From Narcine bancroftii (taxonomy: Eukaryota), in assembly GCF_036971445.1 (NCBI RefSeq), contig NC_091471.1, positions 358,980,001 to 359,044,000 on the forward strand: a stretch of DNA of 64,000 nucleotides, in the 5' to 3' direction. Under the pieces are notes generated by a model. That model saw only the letters and a list, made by a program, of their open reading frames with translations, was not told the DNA's origin and did no database searches. The position numbers and the translations under genes were made by a program. Shown here in pieces: positions 10,275-22,798 of this stretch (position 1 is its first letter; the number at the start of each line of letters is the position of its first letter).

Positions 10275-10876
10275 AGGCCTTGGTATCCAGAATTTAAGCA
10301 ACAAGCAGGCTCAGCTAACTGGCAAAAAAAATGCAAGGAAAATAAATCAGAATCAAATAATAGGCAAAAAAAGGTACAAGTTTAAAATTGGCATGCCTCG
10401 CCATTAGTTTGTGCATGAGGCAACACCTGCAACCAGCTCACGCTTTGTAAATGGCCTCATTTGAAAAGATCAGAAGGTGGCTGTGCACAAGGACCCATGT
10501 GGCAAGGGCACAAGGACACAATAGGAGCAGGAGTCGACCATCTGGCCCGTCGAGCCTGCTCCGCCATTCAATAAGATCATGGCTGATCTGATGATTGGCT
10601 CATCTCCACCTACCAGTCTTTTCCTCGTATCCCTTAATTGCCCTGTATGAAAAGAGAAAGGAAAGGAGTTCCACAAGAAGATGGATGTGGAGACACCACT
10701 TTCTTTATCAAACACTGGCTTAGCAGATTCAAGATTCATCACAGAATCCATATATTAACTTGCCTGGTGAGCAGCAATCACAAGGTAGCAGATAAATTTA
10801 GTTAGGCATTTTAACAGTAACACATGTATGGATCAACCAATCCCATAGGTACCAGATACAAGGGTTTTTTTTACTG
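10275..10876. mobile_element. Tigger/pogo-type MITE (family of 11987), interrupted, with a CR1 3' tail at ~10510-10645
   Basis: Shares AATT(C/T)AAGCAAC, TTTAAAATTGGC and CCAATCCCATAGGTACCAGATAC..TTTTACTG with the other copies. Confidence 0.6.
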
Positions 10877-11986
10877 AAAATGTATCTCACAATATATTGA
10901 CAAAAGCTCTTTGCAGTTGCTCAGTTATTTTCAGACTTTGATAATGACTGATGAAACTCTGAGCTTACGATTGACGTCAAAAGTTAAAGTCATGAATGTG
11001 TTTAGCTTGCTAAGTAGAAGACCTCCAAGCTATGTCACATTGGGCCCAGTTCATGGGATGGGAGGGGTATGGAGGACTATGATCTGGATGCAGGATGATG
11101 GCACTAAAAATACTTTAAAACAGACAAGTTTGGCTGAATTGCCTGTTTCTGGGCTGTAGTGTTCTGTGGTTCTATGGTGGAAAAATATCAACCCATTCAA
11201 TTATTAACATGCAATTAGGTCCGCAAATTCAGGAGGGGGAAGAGATGTGCCATGAGGTAGATGCTGGTCTCTGGAATTTTCTGATTTACGTCATTTTGTT
11301 GTTTGAATGCATGAACCCTCTCTCACCCTTAGCCTCCTTGATGCTGTTAATGACTTGTTGGCTTGTGCAATTAAACCTTGGCAGAAAGTGAAGTCTGGTG
11401 ATTAACAGGGGAATGGTGATTAATATTAATGCAATGTATCCCTGTCTGTGAAAGGGAGCCCAATCCTCCTGGGGGTAGGGGGTTCAAATTCTCACTGGGG
11501 ATATAAAACTTTAAATATCACACCATCCTTCCATTCTTTTGTTTTTCTGACTCTCTTAACCCAATATCCTTCTGCAGAGATCCACCCAGATCTTTTGTTT
11601 GTAATTAGACCATACCCAAGGAGAAATCTGTTGACCATCAGCGCCAACTCCAAAACGCCTGCACTGCACCGAAGATTTTCTGATGGGATTCTACAAGGCT
11701 GCGCCAACATCTGCATATATCCCAGCTCTTTAGTCAAAGTGCACCTGGTCCACAAAGGTGATTGGCAAAAAACTGTTGGGAAATGCACTAAATTTTAGCA
11801 GATTCCTACTGATAATGACTCCATTGTTCACAAGGAGAGGAAAGCGAAAGGTGGGGAAGTCAGCAGGTCAACAAGTTCTGCGTTTATTTTTGACAAGACA
11901 CTGGCGTCAATAATCAAAGAATGAATTTAATTATGTACAAGCTGAATTTAATGAAAGCTTGTTAATATGGTTTTATGAAAGGTGTA

Positions 11987-12182
11987 CAGTAAAATCCCTG
12001 CTATCTGGAATTCAAGCAACCAGCAGCTTCAACCAGCCGGAAAAGAAATTGTGGAAAATGAATGGGCAAGAAGTACAGAAGTTTAAAATTGGCGCGCCTC
12101 ACTGTTATTTCTCCATCAACACAACACGCAGTCTCTCGTACCGAGAAACTCCTATAGGTGCTAGATACCAGGAATTTTACTG
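11987..12182. mobile_element. Tc1/mariner (Tigger/pogo-type) MITE
   Basis: TA|CAGTAAAATCCCTGCTATCTG...TAGATACCAGGAATTTTACTG inverted termini. Confidence 0.8.
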
Positions 12183-12189
12183 TGTCATT

Positions 12190-12470
12190 CGACAAATTTG
12201 CTCAAATGATGGGTAAAGCTGATCGAAGGGTGTCTGTGGACGCAGAATAGTTAGATTTCAAAAAGGCACGTGAAGGGATGCCACATACAAAGCTAGCACC
12301 CAATTGAGAGCCTAATGTACTGGAGGAAATGTGGGCATGGACCAAAAATGGGTTGTCCTTGAAAAACAGAATTGAAGTAATTACAGATTTACGGGCTGTG
12401 GATTAGGTGGCGAGTGGAGTATCCCAGGGGTTGGTCCTCCACCTTCAATTGTTTACTACTTACATGCCAG
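12190..12470 (+). mobile_element. Degraded CR1 RT fragment
   Basis: TTAGATTTCAAAAAGGCA (LDFKKA) and AGTGGAGTATCCCAGGGG (SGVSQG) motifs. Confidence 0.65.
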
Positions 12471-13163
12471 ATATCCACGTGACCCAATGGTAATTTGTGA
12501 CCATTGGAGTTCATGTCTTGTTAAAACTGGGTGTGCAGATGTAGAAGGTGTAGCTTCTACCACCTTCACCAGCAGAAGCATTGGTGCTTTAAAGGGTGGA
12601 GTGAAGTTCCCATCAGGGGAAGCTCTTTGGCCATTAACCCTTCAACTTCAGCTCCGTTAGATTCTCTGATGAATGCTCGCTGTCCTTGGGTCCTCTCCTT
12701 CTGCTCCAGCATTGGAAACAATCAGCTAAGCCCTTGTGCTAGGCCTAGTACTTGAAAGCCAACAGTGCAGAAATGCAATGACCCCCTCCCCCCACCCCAC
12801 CTACCCCAGTAAGCCTCCAATTAGCTGATGGTCACCTTAAATAATTGCTTAGCTGTGCAGAGTCCACACTAGATCTGTGCTATAGTTTTACAAGGACCCC
12901 GCAGCAGGTCTCTGTCCATGAACTGTCATCAGCATCTGGTTACTAGTTCTCGGTGGTCAGAAGTTACCTGGTTATCTTGCGTGTTCTGAGCATTGTTTCA
13001 CAATAAACCTAATACACAAAATCAATTACCTCGACTTAAAAAAAAAGTCACACTCGTGTCTGGGCCATAAAATGCAATCACTTTCTCCTCGCACACTTGC
13101 CGTCAATGGAATAGAGAGGGGAGGGAAAAAAAAAATCACTGGACCAATACACATTTTGGGATA

Positions 13164-13388
13164 CAGCAAAACCCCAGAATCCTGAAATCAAGCAACTGGC
13201 AGCCTCAATCAATTGACAAAAAAAAAATCCATATATTAGACTTGTCTAGTGAGCAAAGAAATCAGTAGATCCCGATGCAACAAACAAGTTTTAGTTAGCC
13301 ATTGTAAGAGTAGTTCTCAAACACCTGGAAAATTTACTTATCTGCCATTTACCAGTCCCCATAGGTACCTGAAACCAGGTATTTACTG
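13164..13388. mobile_element. Tigger/pogo-type MITE
   Basis: TA|CAGCAAAACCCCAG...CCAGGTATTTACTG; same family as 11987. Confidence 0.75.
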
Positions 13389-13539
13389 CACCCACAAAAT
13401 TGTGTACTTACAGGCTGGACAAGAAGCGCGTGAACATTTCGATGCTGTCTTTCTTCCCTCCATCCAGTTATACAAAGGCCTCCAGCCAACAGTAAATTAG
13501 GACACCTACGGACCACTGAAGAGGCTTTGACAGTATTGT

Positions 13540-14200
13540 TTCAAGATTTCTTTAATGACATGCAATAGTGTTGAACATGCAATATTAGGAAATAGCCTTC
13601 AATGCATGCCCCTGACAGTGAAACAATCAAAAGAGGGTCTCTTCAGAGTCACTGAATTAGTCTCCAGTGCTCCATCAGACTCCTCTTCAATGAATTAGCA
13701 ACCCAAGGTCCAAACCTCTTACACAACCAGGAAGCCTTCAGCACCCAAGGCCCTTCAGCTCTTCTTGGCCTCAGCATCCTCACCACTCCTGACTTCAAGA
13801 CCTGGATTCCATGAGCCTGTCTCCAGCAGCTCATGCAGGACCCCTGAATTCCCACAGCCTGTGTGGGTACATCAGCTGCTTAGCCCCTCACTGGTCTGCT
13901 GTCATGGTCAGTGTCCAGGAGGGTGGTCTTCTGATTTTTTTTTTTTAATTTTTTTTAGGTGGGTAGGTGGTATGTACTCCTTCTCTGATGCCCTGTGCCT
14001 GCCACTGCTCCCCTAGATTCTGCATCCACTTATGGCTGCTGCGGAGCACAGACTTCACGGTTGCAGGATTTTACCTACAAACACCATCAACTCCTTTAAA
14101 GGCTGTTTAAAGCCTATAGAGTCACCAGCATTAGGATTGGGCATTTGAACCCTTTGGATCTGTCCTGTGTCTTTGCTCTCTGCTCTCCTGGGTCTGCACC
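13540..14200 (-). repeat. Unclassified interspersed repeat (related copies at ~20880-21325 + and ~55830-56110 -)
   Basis: GAAGCCTTCAGCACCCAAGGGC is the near reverse complement of GCCCTGGGCGCTGAAGGCTTC at ~21083; similar CAAGATT(T/C)CTTTA end at 13540 and 55835. Confidence 0.5.
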
Positions 14201-14509
14201 AGAGAGTGCTGCCATTTTACTTTTGCACTGGGTGGAACAAAATTTTGCACAGAATTTCACACAGGTTCAGAGATTGGAGTGAGAAGCTCTGGGCTGAGAG
14301 TGCCAATAACACTGGACAATAATTTCCCCCCCCCCCCAAAAAATTGCTTCCTGAAAATAAAAACTGGGGATTATGACAGACATCTTCATGCTGAATACAC
14401 AGAGAACTTTAGATTTGTTGTATTACAAAGAAATATTAAATTAAGTTTTATTGAATTTAGCATGTTTAATTGCATAATGATGCCGGCACATTTCATTTGT
14501 TCAACTGAC

Positions 14510-14745
14510 CTAAAAATGTTTTGCCGCTGATTTTCGTTCGTACTCAGCATCTGATACCTCTCATGTCAGTGTCCAGCAATAGTTGGCCAATATTGATGGA
14601 TTCCAGTTGCCCTGATACCACTTTTCCATGGTTGCAATGTCCTTTCACCATGTTCATCAATGACTGCGCCAAGATCAGCAGGGAAGACATCCAAGTGTGA
14701 ATGCAGAAAATAAATTTCGAATGACATTTCATGGTTTTCATTTCT
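14510..14745 (-). pseudogene. Sola2-type DNA transposase, C-terminal remnant
   Basis: Minus strand with frameshifts: KTMKC..FLHSHLDVFPADLGAVIDEHGE..DIATMEKWYQGNWNPSILANYCWTL..REVSDAEYERKSAAKHF*. Confidence 0.8.
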
Positions 14746-15233
14746 TTGGCATGCCCAGAATTGAGGCCTGTGTTTCTCTCAGTAAGCTACATCATGTGGA
14801 CCATGTTGTTCACATGCCCAGCACCAAACTGCTGAATCAAACAGTACTCCATTAGACTACAAGAAAGCTGAAGTATTTTTCCTCTTCAGCTGCATTCTTC
14901 TGCTTTCTCCACGTAACCTTTAACACCATTACTAAAAACCAATCCATCGCCACTTTAAATCTACCCAATGAGTAGGCTGGAAACACAGAAGTCTGCAAAA
15001 GCTGTGACTGTAGTAAAAACACACAGTAAATACCTTGGACAGCTCAGGACCAAAGTGTCAGTAATACATCTTCACCTCCTATTGAGTACTTCAAGACTGG
15101 AAAATTTCACCCAGTATTTACAATGACTTGGCCTCCATGGCCATCTGTGGCAGCAGATTCCACAGATACACTATCCACTGGTTAAATAAATGTCCCTTCA
15201 TCTCAATTCTGAAGTGATGTCCTTTTATTCTAA

Positions 15234-15719
15234 GTGCAGAGAAGGTTTACCAGAATGTTGCCTGGGTTTAAGCATCTGGAGTATGGGGAGAGATTGGACA
15301 GATTGGGTCTTTATTCTTTGGAGCGTAGAAGGTTGAGAGGGGATTTGATAGAAGTATTTAAGATTATGAAAGGGATAGACAGAATGGATGTGGATAGACT
15401 ATTTCCGTTAAGAGGAGGAAAGATTAAAACAAGAGGACATGAGTTAAGAATTAAGGGGCAGAGGTTTAGAGGTAACATGAGGGGGAACTTCTTTACTCAG
15501 AGAGTGGTAGCTGTGTGGAATGATCTTCCGGGAGAAATAGTGGCGGCGGAGTCAATTGTATTATTTAAGAAAAGGTTGGACAGGTATATGGATGAGAAGA
15601 AGATGGAGGGTTATGGGCATTGTGCAGGGAGGTGGGATTAGAAAGGGGTGTTTGGTTCGGTGCGGACTAGAAGGGCCTAATGGCCTGTTTCCGTGCTGTA
15701 ATTGTTATGTTATGTTATG
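15234..15719 (+). mobile_element. Young CR1 3' fragment with (GTTAT)n tail, nested in an older minus-strand CR1
   Basis: QRRFTRMLPG..LGLYSLERRRLRGDLIEVFKIMKG..TRGH..FFTQRVVAVWNDLP, uninterrupted. Confidence 0.92.
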
Positions 15720-16474
15720 ACATGCCATCAGGCCCTGGACTGCCCTGCTGCTGGACAGATCTTCTTCACATTCACTCTAATATTTTCAACCTTCATTATG
15801 TTTCAATTAGATCACCCCCTCATCCTTCTAAACTCCAGAAAGTGCAGGTCAGAACTCTCAAATGCTCCTTGATCTATTCTGCCCTCTAGATAACCAGGCA
15901 AACAGAGTTGATTTTCCTGACTATCCACATTTAGCTGTAAGAGGAGCATAACCCTGCTCTGGTTACTATTTTCACTGAAATAAGAAAATAACCACCCTTA
16001 CCTGTGCCTCCTTGCTGAACATGTGTTCAACAATAAGGGAGTCCCCACCTCTACTGAACTAAGTCTCAAAAAATTGCACTCTTACACTGGGCATTCAAAT
16101 AAAAGCCATTCCACTTAAGCTCCTCTTACTTTTATTGGCTACAACTAATGACCCAATGCAGGAATTTAAACAAGCACCTATCTTTCCCAGAGCTTTTAAA
16201 ACAGCCCACTTCATATTCCAAGCTCTGTTCTTGCAGTTCTCAGTTTATTTTATTGATTCATCTATAGGGGCATAAGTTTTGTAGACCAAGTCAATACTTA
16301 ATTGCCTATCTTTAGTTTCTCTTGAGAAGATGGTGGTGAGTGCCTTCTTGAACTGTTGCAGTTGAATTTTAATGGGATCTTAAAGTGCGGAATAATTCTT
16401 CCCAACATTTAGCTCTCAATAAACTCTTGTTGAAAGTAGGAGTTACTAGACTCTTGAATTTAAAAGTAAAAAAC

Positions 16475-16920
16475 TAATGCAGTGGGAGCTAAACTCGTCA
16501 GGCAGCATCTATGGAGAGAAATAAATTGTCAGCATATTGGACTGAAGTGACTGGAAGTAGAAAGAAGATTAGCAGAATAAACAGGGAAAGGGTGAGAGCA
16601 GGCAGGTGATAGGTGGTTGCATATGAGGAGAAGTTGACTGGTTGATAGAGTGAGGTGGGGAGGGAAGGTTGGAGATGGTGACAAAGGCTGGGAGACAATA
16701 AGTGGAGGCAACCAACAGCTGCAGATGGTGGAATCTGATTATGAAAGGTGATGGGTGGAATCAAATCAGATGGGTAGTGGAAAGAGGGGATAGGGAACCC
16801 AATGGGAGGCATGTCTGAGTGACTGGCTGTAGAGTAGGAGTGGGAAAGGAGAGAAACTGGGTAACAATGAAGAGTAGGAACAGGTGACCTACAATTGTGG
16901 AATTGAGTTTTCAAGTGCTG
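16475..16920 (-). mobile_element. Penelope-like element terminal fragment
   Basis: GTCAGGCAGCATCTATGGAGAG pseudo-LTR motif followed by the purine-rich 3' region seen in other copies. Confidence 0.6.
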
Positions 16921-16979
16921 GTTTTGGAGAGCCTTCTGTGTCAAATATAATTATAATATTCATCTCAACTAAATTTCTC

Positions 16980-17550
16980 TCCCCACCATCAAGCATAACT
17001 ACAGGGGACGCTCCTGTCGGAGAGCAGCAGCAATTGACAAGGATCCACACCACCCAGCACACACTCATTTCTTGCTGCTTCCATCAGGAAAGAGGTAGAG
17101 GTGCCACAAGACTTGAAATACCAGGTTCAGCAACAGCTGCTACCCCTCCACTATCAGATTCCTCAATGACAAACTAAATCAGGGACTCATTTAAGGACTC
17201 TTCTACCTTTGCATTTTTTCTTTGATTTTTTTCCACTCTCTGTATTGCACATTCAGTCAGTTTGTTTACATTTCTTTCTTTGCTTGCATGTGCACGTCGA
17301 GTACAATTCAGTGGGTCTCAACCTTTCTCCACTCACGTACCACTTTAATTATTCCCTGTGTCATCGTTGCTCTGTGATGAGTAAGGGATGGCTTAAGGTG
17401 GTATGTGAGTGGAAAGAAAAAGGTTGAGAACCATTGGTACAGTTCTTTTTTGCATTACCAAGTGATAATTGTCTTGCCCGTAGGGAAAAAAAAGAGTTTT
17501 GGAGTTGTCGGTGATGTCATATGTTTAATCTGACAATAAATCTGAATCTA
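16980..17550 (+). mobile_element. Rex1/Babar LINE 3' fragment
   Basis: KDPHHPAH..LLPSGKR..TRFSNS motif; AATAAATCTGAATC tail. Confidence 0.75.
17309..17436. mobile_element. hAT MITE monomer with direct 8-bp TSD
   Basis: GTACAATT|CAGTGGGTCTCAACC...GGTTGAGAACCATTG|GTACAGTT. Confidence 0.88.
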
Positions 17551-18145
17551 TGCTTTAAAATACAAATTGGTGTAGTGTAAAGTATTGAATAAATTTGGTG
17601 TCATTCATCTTTATGGAGGGGGGGGGGGAAATTAAAAAAAAACAATACTGCTAAATGTCCACACGAGGGTGCTCTAACCTCACTGGGAAATTCCTGACCT
17701 TATTCAGCAGGTGAAATAGAGGATTCCTGGAGAGAGGTTGAGAAAGTGTAAATTCTAGGGTCTCCTTCAGTGGAGGATAAATACAAATTCCGTCCCTGAC
17801 TAGCAAAACTTCGCTGGAATAATTGGCATTTATTTTAACGTCATCCCTAACAAATAAAGACAATCACATTTTTAAAAAAAAGTCAATAATTAATCTCTGT
17901 GTTCATTTTTTTTATGCTATGTGGAACTTCAGATCAAAGTTAATCTTACTTGGGTACTTGCTTAAGATTCCAGGTGAAATGTGGCTTCGTGTCCAATGCA
18001 ACACAATGATGGAATATGTTTTCAAAGTATCTCGCATTAAGTTACTTTTCACATTCAATCCTGTTGGTTCGTAACCTTTCACTAAATAGAATTTTTCCCA
18101 AGTGTTTCCAATCAATTCAAAATATCTAAGAGCTATTTCAAACTG

Positions 18146-18353
18146 CAGTAAAACTCCTGATATCTGGAATTCAAGCTACTGGGGGAAAAATTGCAGAAAG
18201 AAATAGGGTTTTTTTTTAAAAATGGAAGTTTTAAATTGGCATGCCTTGCCATTAGTTTGTCAATCACTCAACATACAATCTCAAGCAACTGGAAAATTTG
18301 CTTATCTGGCATCTACCAATCCCCATAGGTGCCAGACCCCAGGGGTTTTACTG
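18146..18353. mobile_element. Tigger/pogo-type MITE
   Basis: CAGTAAAACTCCTGATATCTGG...CCAGACCCCAGGGGTTTTACTG|TA. Confidence 0.82.
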
Positions 18354-18612
18354 TATTAATGAGCAGAAGTTCTCAAAGTGTGAGAACTGTAGAGCTGATA
18401 GATTGCTTTATGGTTTAGTGGTAAACAGCTTTTAACATGTTTTATAATGGTCAGAATTCATCATATTTATGGAGAAATCAAAAAGCAAATCAGGGACTTA
18501 ATTAATAGACTATAAATGGTCAAAAATCTCTTGTGTAACTTTTTAAAAAAGCTTTGTCATTCAATGATAAATTTGTGCAAGAACATTTGTAAATCTAACT
18601 GCTTCTTTGTAA

Positions 18613-18644
18613 TGCAATATAACGATGACCACCAGATGGCAGTC
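18613..18644 (+). promoter_or_regulatory. Candidate CTCF site with upstream module
   Basis: TGCAATAT-N6-GACCACCAGATGGCAGTC matches core CCASYAGRKGGCRS plus a TGCAR upstream motif, in apparently non-repeat DNA. Confidence 0.6.
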
Positions 18645-20204
18645 AATCAGCAATAATCCTCCCAGCCATTTGTCTTCTACCCACTTCTATGCAGTCATTT
18701 GGCATTTCAAAAAAATTAACAATGCAAGACGGCTGGTTTGCCCTTCTGGCCCATGATACCAGTGCAACCCAATTAATCTGCCAACGATGTACATTTTGGC
18801 GTTGTAATAGTGCTGCGCTAAGTACCTTGTTAACTGTGTCATCCTATCCTTCAGGATGAGGCAATTGCTGACAAAGCCTATCCATGAGAACCCTGTGATA
18901 AGTTTCTATCTGAGAGCACAACAATATATTTGGTGAAAGTAGTTTCATAAATACAATTTGAGTAGCTATTCCAGGATTAGAACCAGGCATCATGAAAGGA
19001 CAGAATATTATCTCCAAGGCAGGATGTGTGCAACTGGAAGTTGAATCTGCAGGTTGTGGTGTTCCTGGTTTGCCTTGTGCCCCTTTCCTTTCTGGTGGCT
19101 GAGGATGTGGAAGGTGCTTTTGGAGGAATTGAGATGAGTGACAGTGAAACATTTTTTTCAGACCATTCCCTCTACAGAGCATTGAATGTTCAGAGTGATT
19201 AATGGGTAGCAATCTGGATTACCCGCAGCTCTGCTGCTCTCCAATAAGATTATTCACACACATACCAACCACCCCCCCCCCCACACCCCAGAAAGGTTCC
19301 GATCATATTTTCTGAAGTTTAATTCAGGGTGAAATCACAAACCAAGATTGCACATTACCTTGGTCTTCCCCAGAACTTGGAGCGTTGAGAGTGATTTTTT
19401 AATTGATATTTTTGAAGGGATGGAACAAGCCTTTTCTCGCATCAATGATACTCCTGCGCTACCCTAACAATAACACCTCCAAGACTGACATAGCACATTT
19501 TTTATACTACTGGCCAAAAGCATTAATTTTATGAATTATTTTTCCATTCATATTTATCATAATTTATTTGTCCTCTTCCAAAGCATCTGCACTAATTACA
19601 CTCAAGTTGTGAGTGCATTTCACATGCATTGGAAGGTGCAGGAGATGAATGTTATTGCATTGATGTACCTGACCAAAAGATCTTCATTCTTCCTTCATTC
19701 AGTCAAACCATATCTGCTGGTTTGGAAAGCTAGGCCTTGAGGGTTGTCGAAAGCTGCCATTCCCAACTGGGGACCACAGTACGTTTAAGGGGGGGAGGGG
19801 GCACAGAATTAAATCGGCAAATGTCGTTTCAAGTTTTTGTAGGTTATCGGTAGAAGTACAAAAGGAACCAACTAAACCTGATTGCTTCACAGGGAAGAGC
19901 TGTTTCTTCAGGGAACCGTAGCCCAAAAAAAAGGTTGGGAATGGCTGGTCTATACTTTGCGGTCACATTTGCAAGATGGAGACCAGGAAATACTCCTACA
20001 TGATGAAGGACTCCCTTCCACCAGTTGCCATTGATGCTTGATCAATCCTGACACTGATCGATTTTCACTTGTTGTGGGAAATGGGGTTAAAGTCCATTTA
20101 TCAGACACGGTCTCCTCATGCAGACTGAACCAGTGCAAGGGACTTTACATATTTTGGTTAAAGGCAGTTTCATAAAATTAAACACCTTGAAATTTTTTAA
20201 AAAA

Positions 20205-20668
20205 GGTAATGGACACAGGCCAAGACATCTCTGGCAAACAGTCCTCACCATCGAGAACATCTACGGGAAATGCTGACGTCGGAGAGCAGCAGCGATCATC
20301 AAGGATCTACACCATCCAGCACACGCTCTGCGGTCACTGCTACCATCAGAAAAGAAGTAGAGGTGCCACAAGACTCACATCACCAGGTTTAGGAACAGCT
20401 GCTCCCCTTCCGCCATCAGACTCCTCAACCACAAACTCAATCAGGGATTCCTTTAAAGACTCTTACATTTTATTGTTTTTTTTCTCTCTATATTTGCAGT
20501 TGGTTTGTTTCTTTTTCTTTATTTGTTGACATGTTGTACATTAAGTATAATTTTTTTATGATATTAGCCATAAATAATAATTCTGCCTCACCCACAGGAA
20601 AAAGGTTCTCCAGGTTGTATGTGATATCATGTACAGTATCTTCTCTGACAATAAATCTGAAATATCTA
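20205..20668 (+). mobile_element. Rex1/Babar LINE 3' fragment
   Basis: IENIY..RRAAAIIKDLHHPAH..LLPSEK motif and 3' UTR as at 16980. Confidence 0.78.
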
Positions 20669-22609
20669 ATATTTGCAATAACAAATGCAAATATAAAAAT
20701 GACCTAAGATTTAAAAAACAAATGGAATTAAAATATTCATCTTCTTGGGCAGTTCTTGGGATCAATGATGACTTGTTTGCACTCTGGTTTTCTGGGTTCC
20801 AACTCACCCCTTTGCTTCTCTCTTCCTGAAGCAAAAGAACCTGGGAATATTGTATGAGGATCGATGATAAATCATAAAGATATTGACTGGGAGAATAAGG
20901 GCAGAAGATGAAGTATCAGATATGTTTCTGCAGGAAGGCTACCATGGCGGGGGGGACCCACACAGTCTGTGGGCTGTGAGCGACTTGTGGTTGAAGGGCC
21001 CACACAGGCTGCGGGCTGCTGGAGCCTGGCGCATTGGAACCTGGATTCGAGAGGGTGCTCCAGGCAGAAAGGGCTCCCATAGAGCCCTGGGCGCTGAAGG
21101 CTTCAGATTGTGTTGGAGGTTTGAATCTGGAGCTTAGATTGCCGATGGATGGAACAGGTGGCAGTGCACCTGCAGGGGGTGTGGGAGGCAAAGCCAAGGA
21201 CACTCAGTTTTTTTCTGAAAGGACATCTTCCTTCTATTAGGGGCACTGGGCAATCCTCATGGTTTGCATTTTGGCAGATAAAGATGGAAATTTTAATGTG
21301 CTAGTTCATGACATCTTGCATCTTAAGCAGTTACCAAGAAATATACTGCATCACACACTCTTTGCAACGTAGAGGAGGTTTGGCCTTGTGTGGAAACATT
21401 GGGTGCTTGTTGATAGCAGGGGGAAGGTACGTGATATTTCTGTTGGCTTCATGTTTTTAATCATTTCTCTGAACCATAGCTAGGAGCCAGGAGAGCAGCA
21501 ATCTGGAAACTTCTTGTAAAATGGAATGAGTTACTTCTGTGAATTTCACTTCGGGCAGAAGATGTAATTACATCATTGGCAGATTTCTCCAGCTCTCTCG
21601 CGTATATTTTGGATGATGTGGCTAGATAATCAGTCCCGAGAAATAAATGTTGTCCTGTGCTCAAATTCCTGAACTCAGTGGGTGGCTTTTCCCCCCGCCC
21701 CTGAAATCTGAATCTCGGCAGATGAGATTCCCATCGTGAATAGCAGTCTCGCTGGACAATGAGCTACTAGGTTGGAGCTGTTATTTTCTGCCAGAATTCT
21801 GAGTAATTACATTGAATTTTGCTGGTGAACCGGCTATAAAGTCCATTGTCAATGGATAGAAGAGCCTCGGGAAACTTGTACCTTTTAACCAAGAGGAGAC
21901 TGCGACTGGAGCGAAGAGGAGTCAGACTGTCTGTGACTTGCTTCCACTTGATGTATGGCCTTTCTCAGATGGAAGTTGGTTGGCCTCAGGACCTTACCTT
22001 TGACCCGGGTCAGCTACTGTCTGACATCAAATATTGACACTGATGAACAGAGGAAATTCAGGGAACAGAGAGGAGGGAACAATCACTTCCTGCTTGGGTA
22101 TTTTTCTCTTCATCCTTAACAATGGTTTAATTAGCTCTCACCCATACGGCTAGGGAGACCCTTATTTAATCCAGGAGCACGTGATGCAAGATTTATTGCA
22201 TCTGCCTCAAACCTTCAAGCCTGTTCTGCCTTATTGGATGCAACATGAAAGTGGCACAATTGCTTGAAACTAAGGTTTCTTGGATAAGTTCAGGATACTT
22301 TGTTCTGCTGCTTCTTCCAACCCGACAATACACCGACATAGTCAAACAGCACAGAATCATACCATTAAACCCTGCCATGTTTCTGTGGACTCTTTGCGTC
22401 TCTGTCTGCCTCAAAGAAAGTTCTCTTGACCACTCCAGAACAGTTTGTCACCAACATTGGTGATCATGCCTTCACCTGGCCATGTCTCTGAAACTCTGTC
22501 CATGAGCCTTCCAGCATCTTCAGCCCTGTCCTTTCCCTTGCCCCTCCCTGCCACTCCTAAATGACCAAACATGGGTCCCAAGCTCTCTTTTATTACTGCT
22601 TTTTTTAAA

Positions 22610-22798
22610 AAAGAGATACAGCACGGGAACAGACCCTTCCAACACATGACCCCACGCTTACCAAATGCACTCACGTCTTTGGAACGTGGAAGGAAACCTG
22701 AGCTCCCAGAGGAAACCCTTGCAGAGACAATGAGACCGAGCGTCGGATTTGAACCTGGGTCGCTGGCTCTCTAATAACGTCGCACTAACCATAGCGGA
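22610..22798 (-). mobile_element. tRNA-derived SINE (HE1/V-SINE-like)
   Basis: Minus strand B-box GGTTCAAATCC, central GGGTTTCCTC..GCTC domain, CR1-like tail. Confidence 0.75.
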
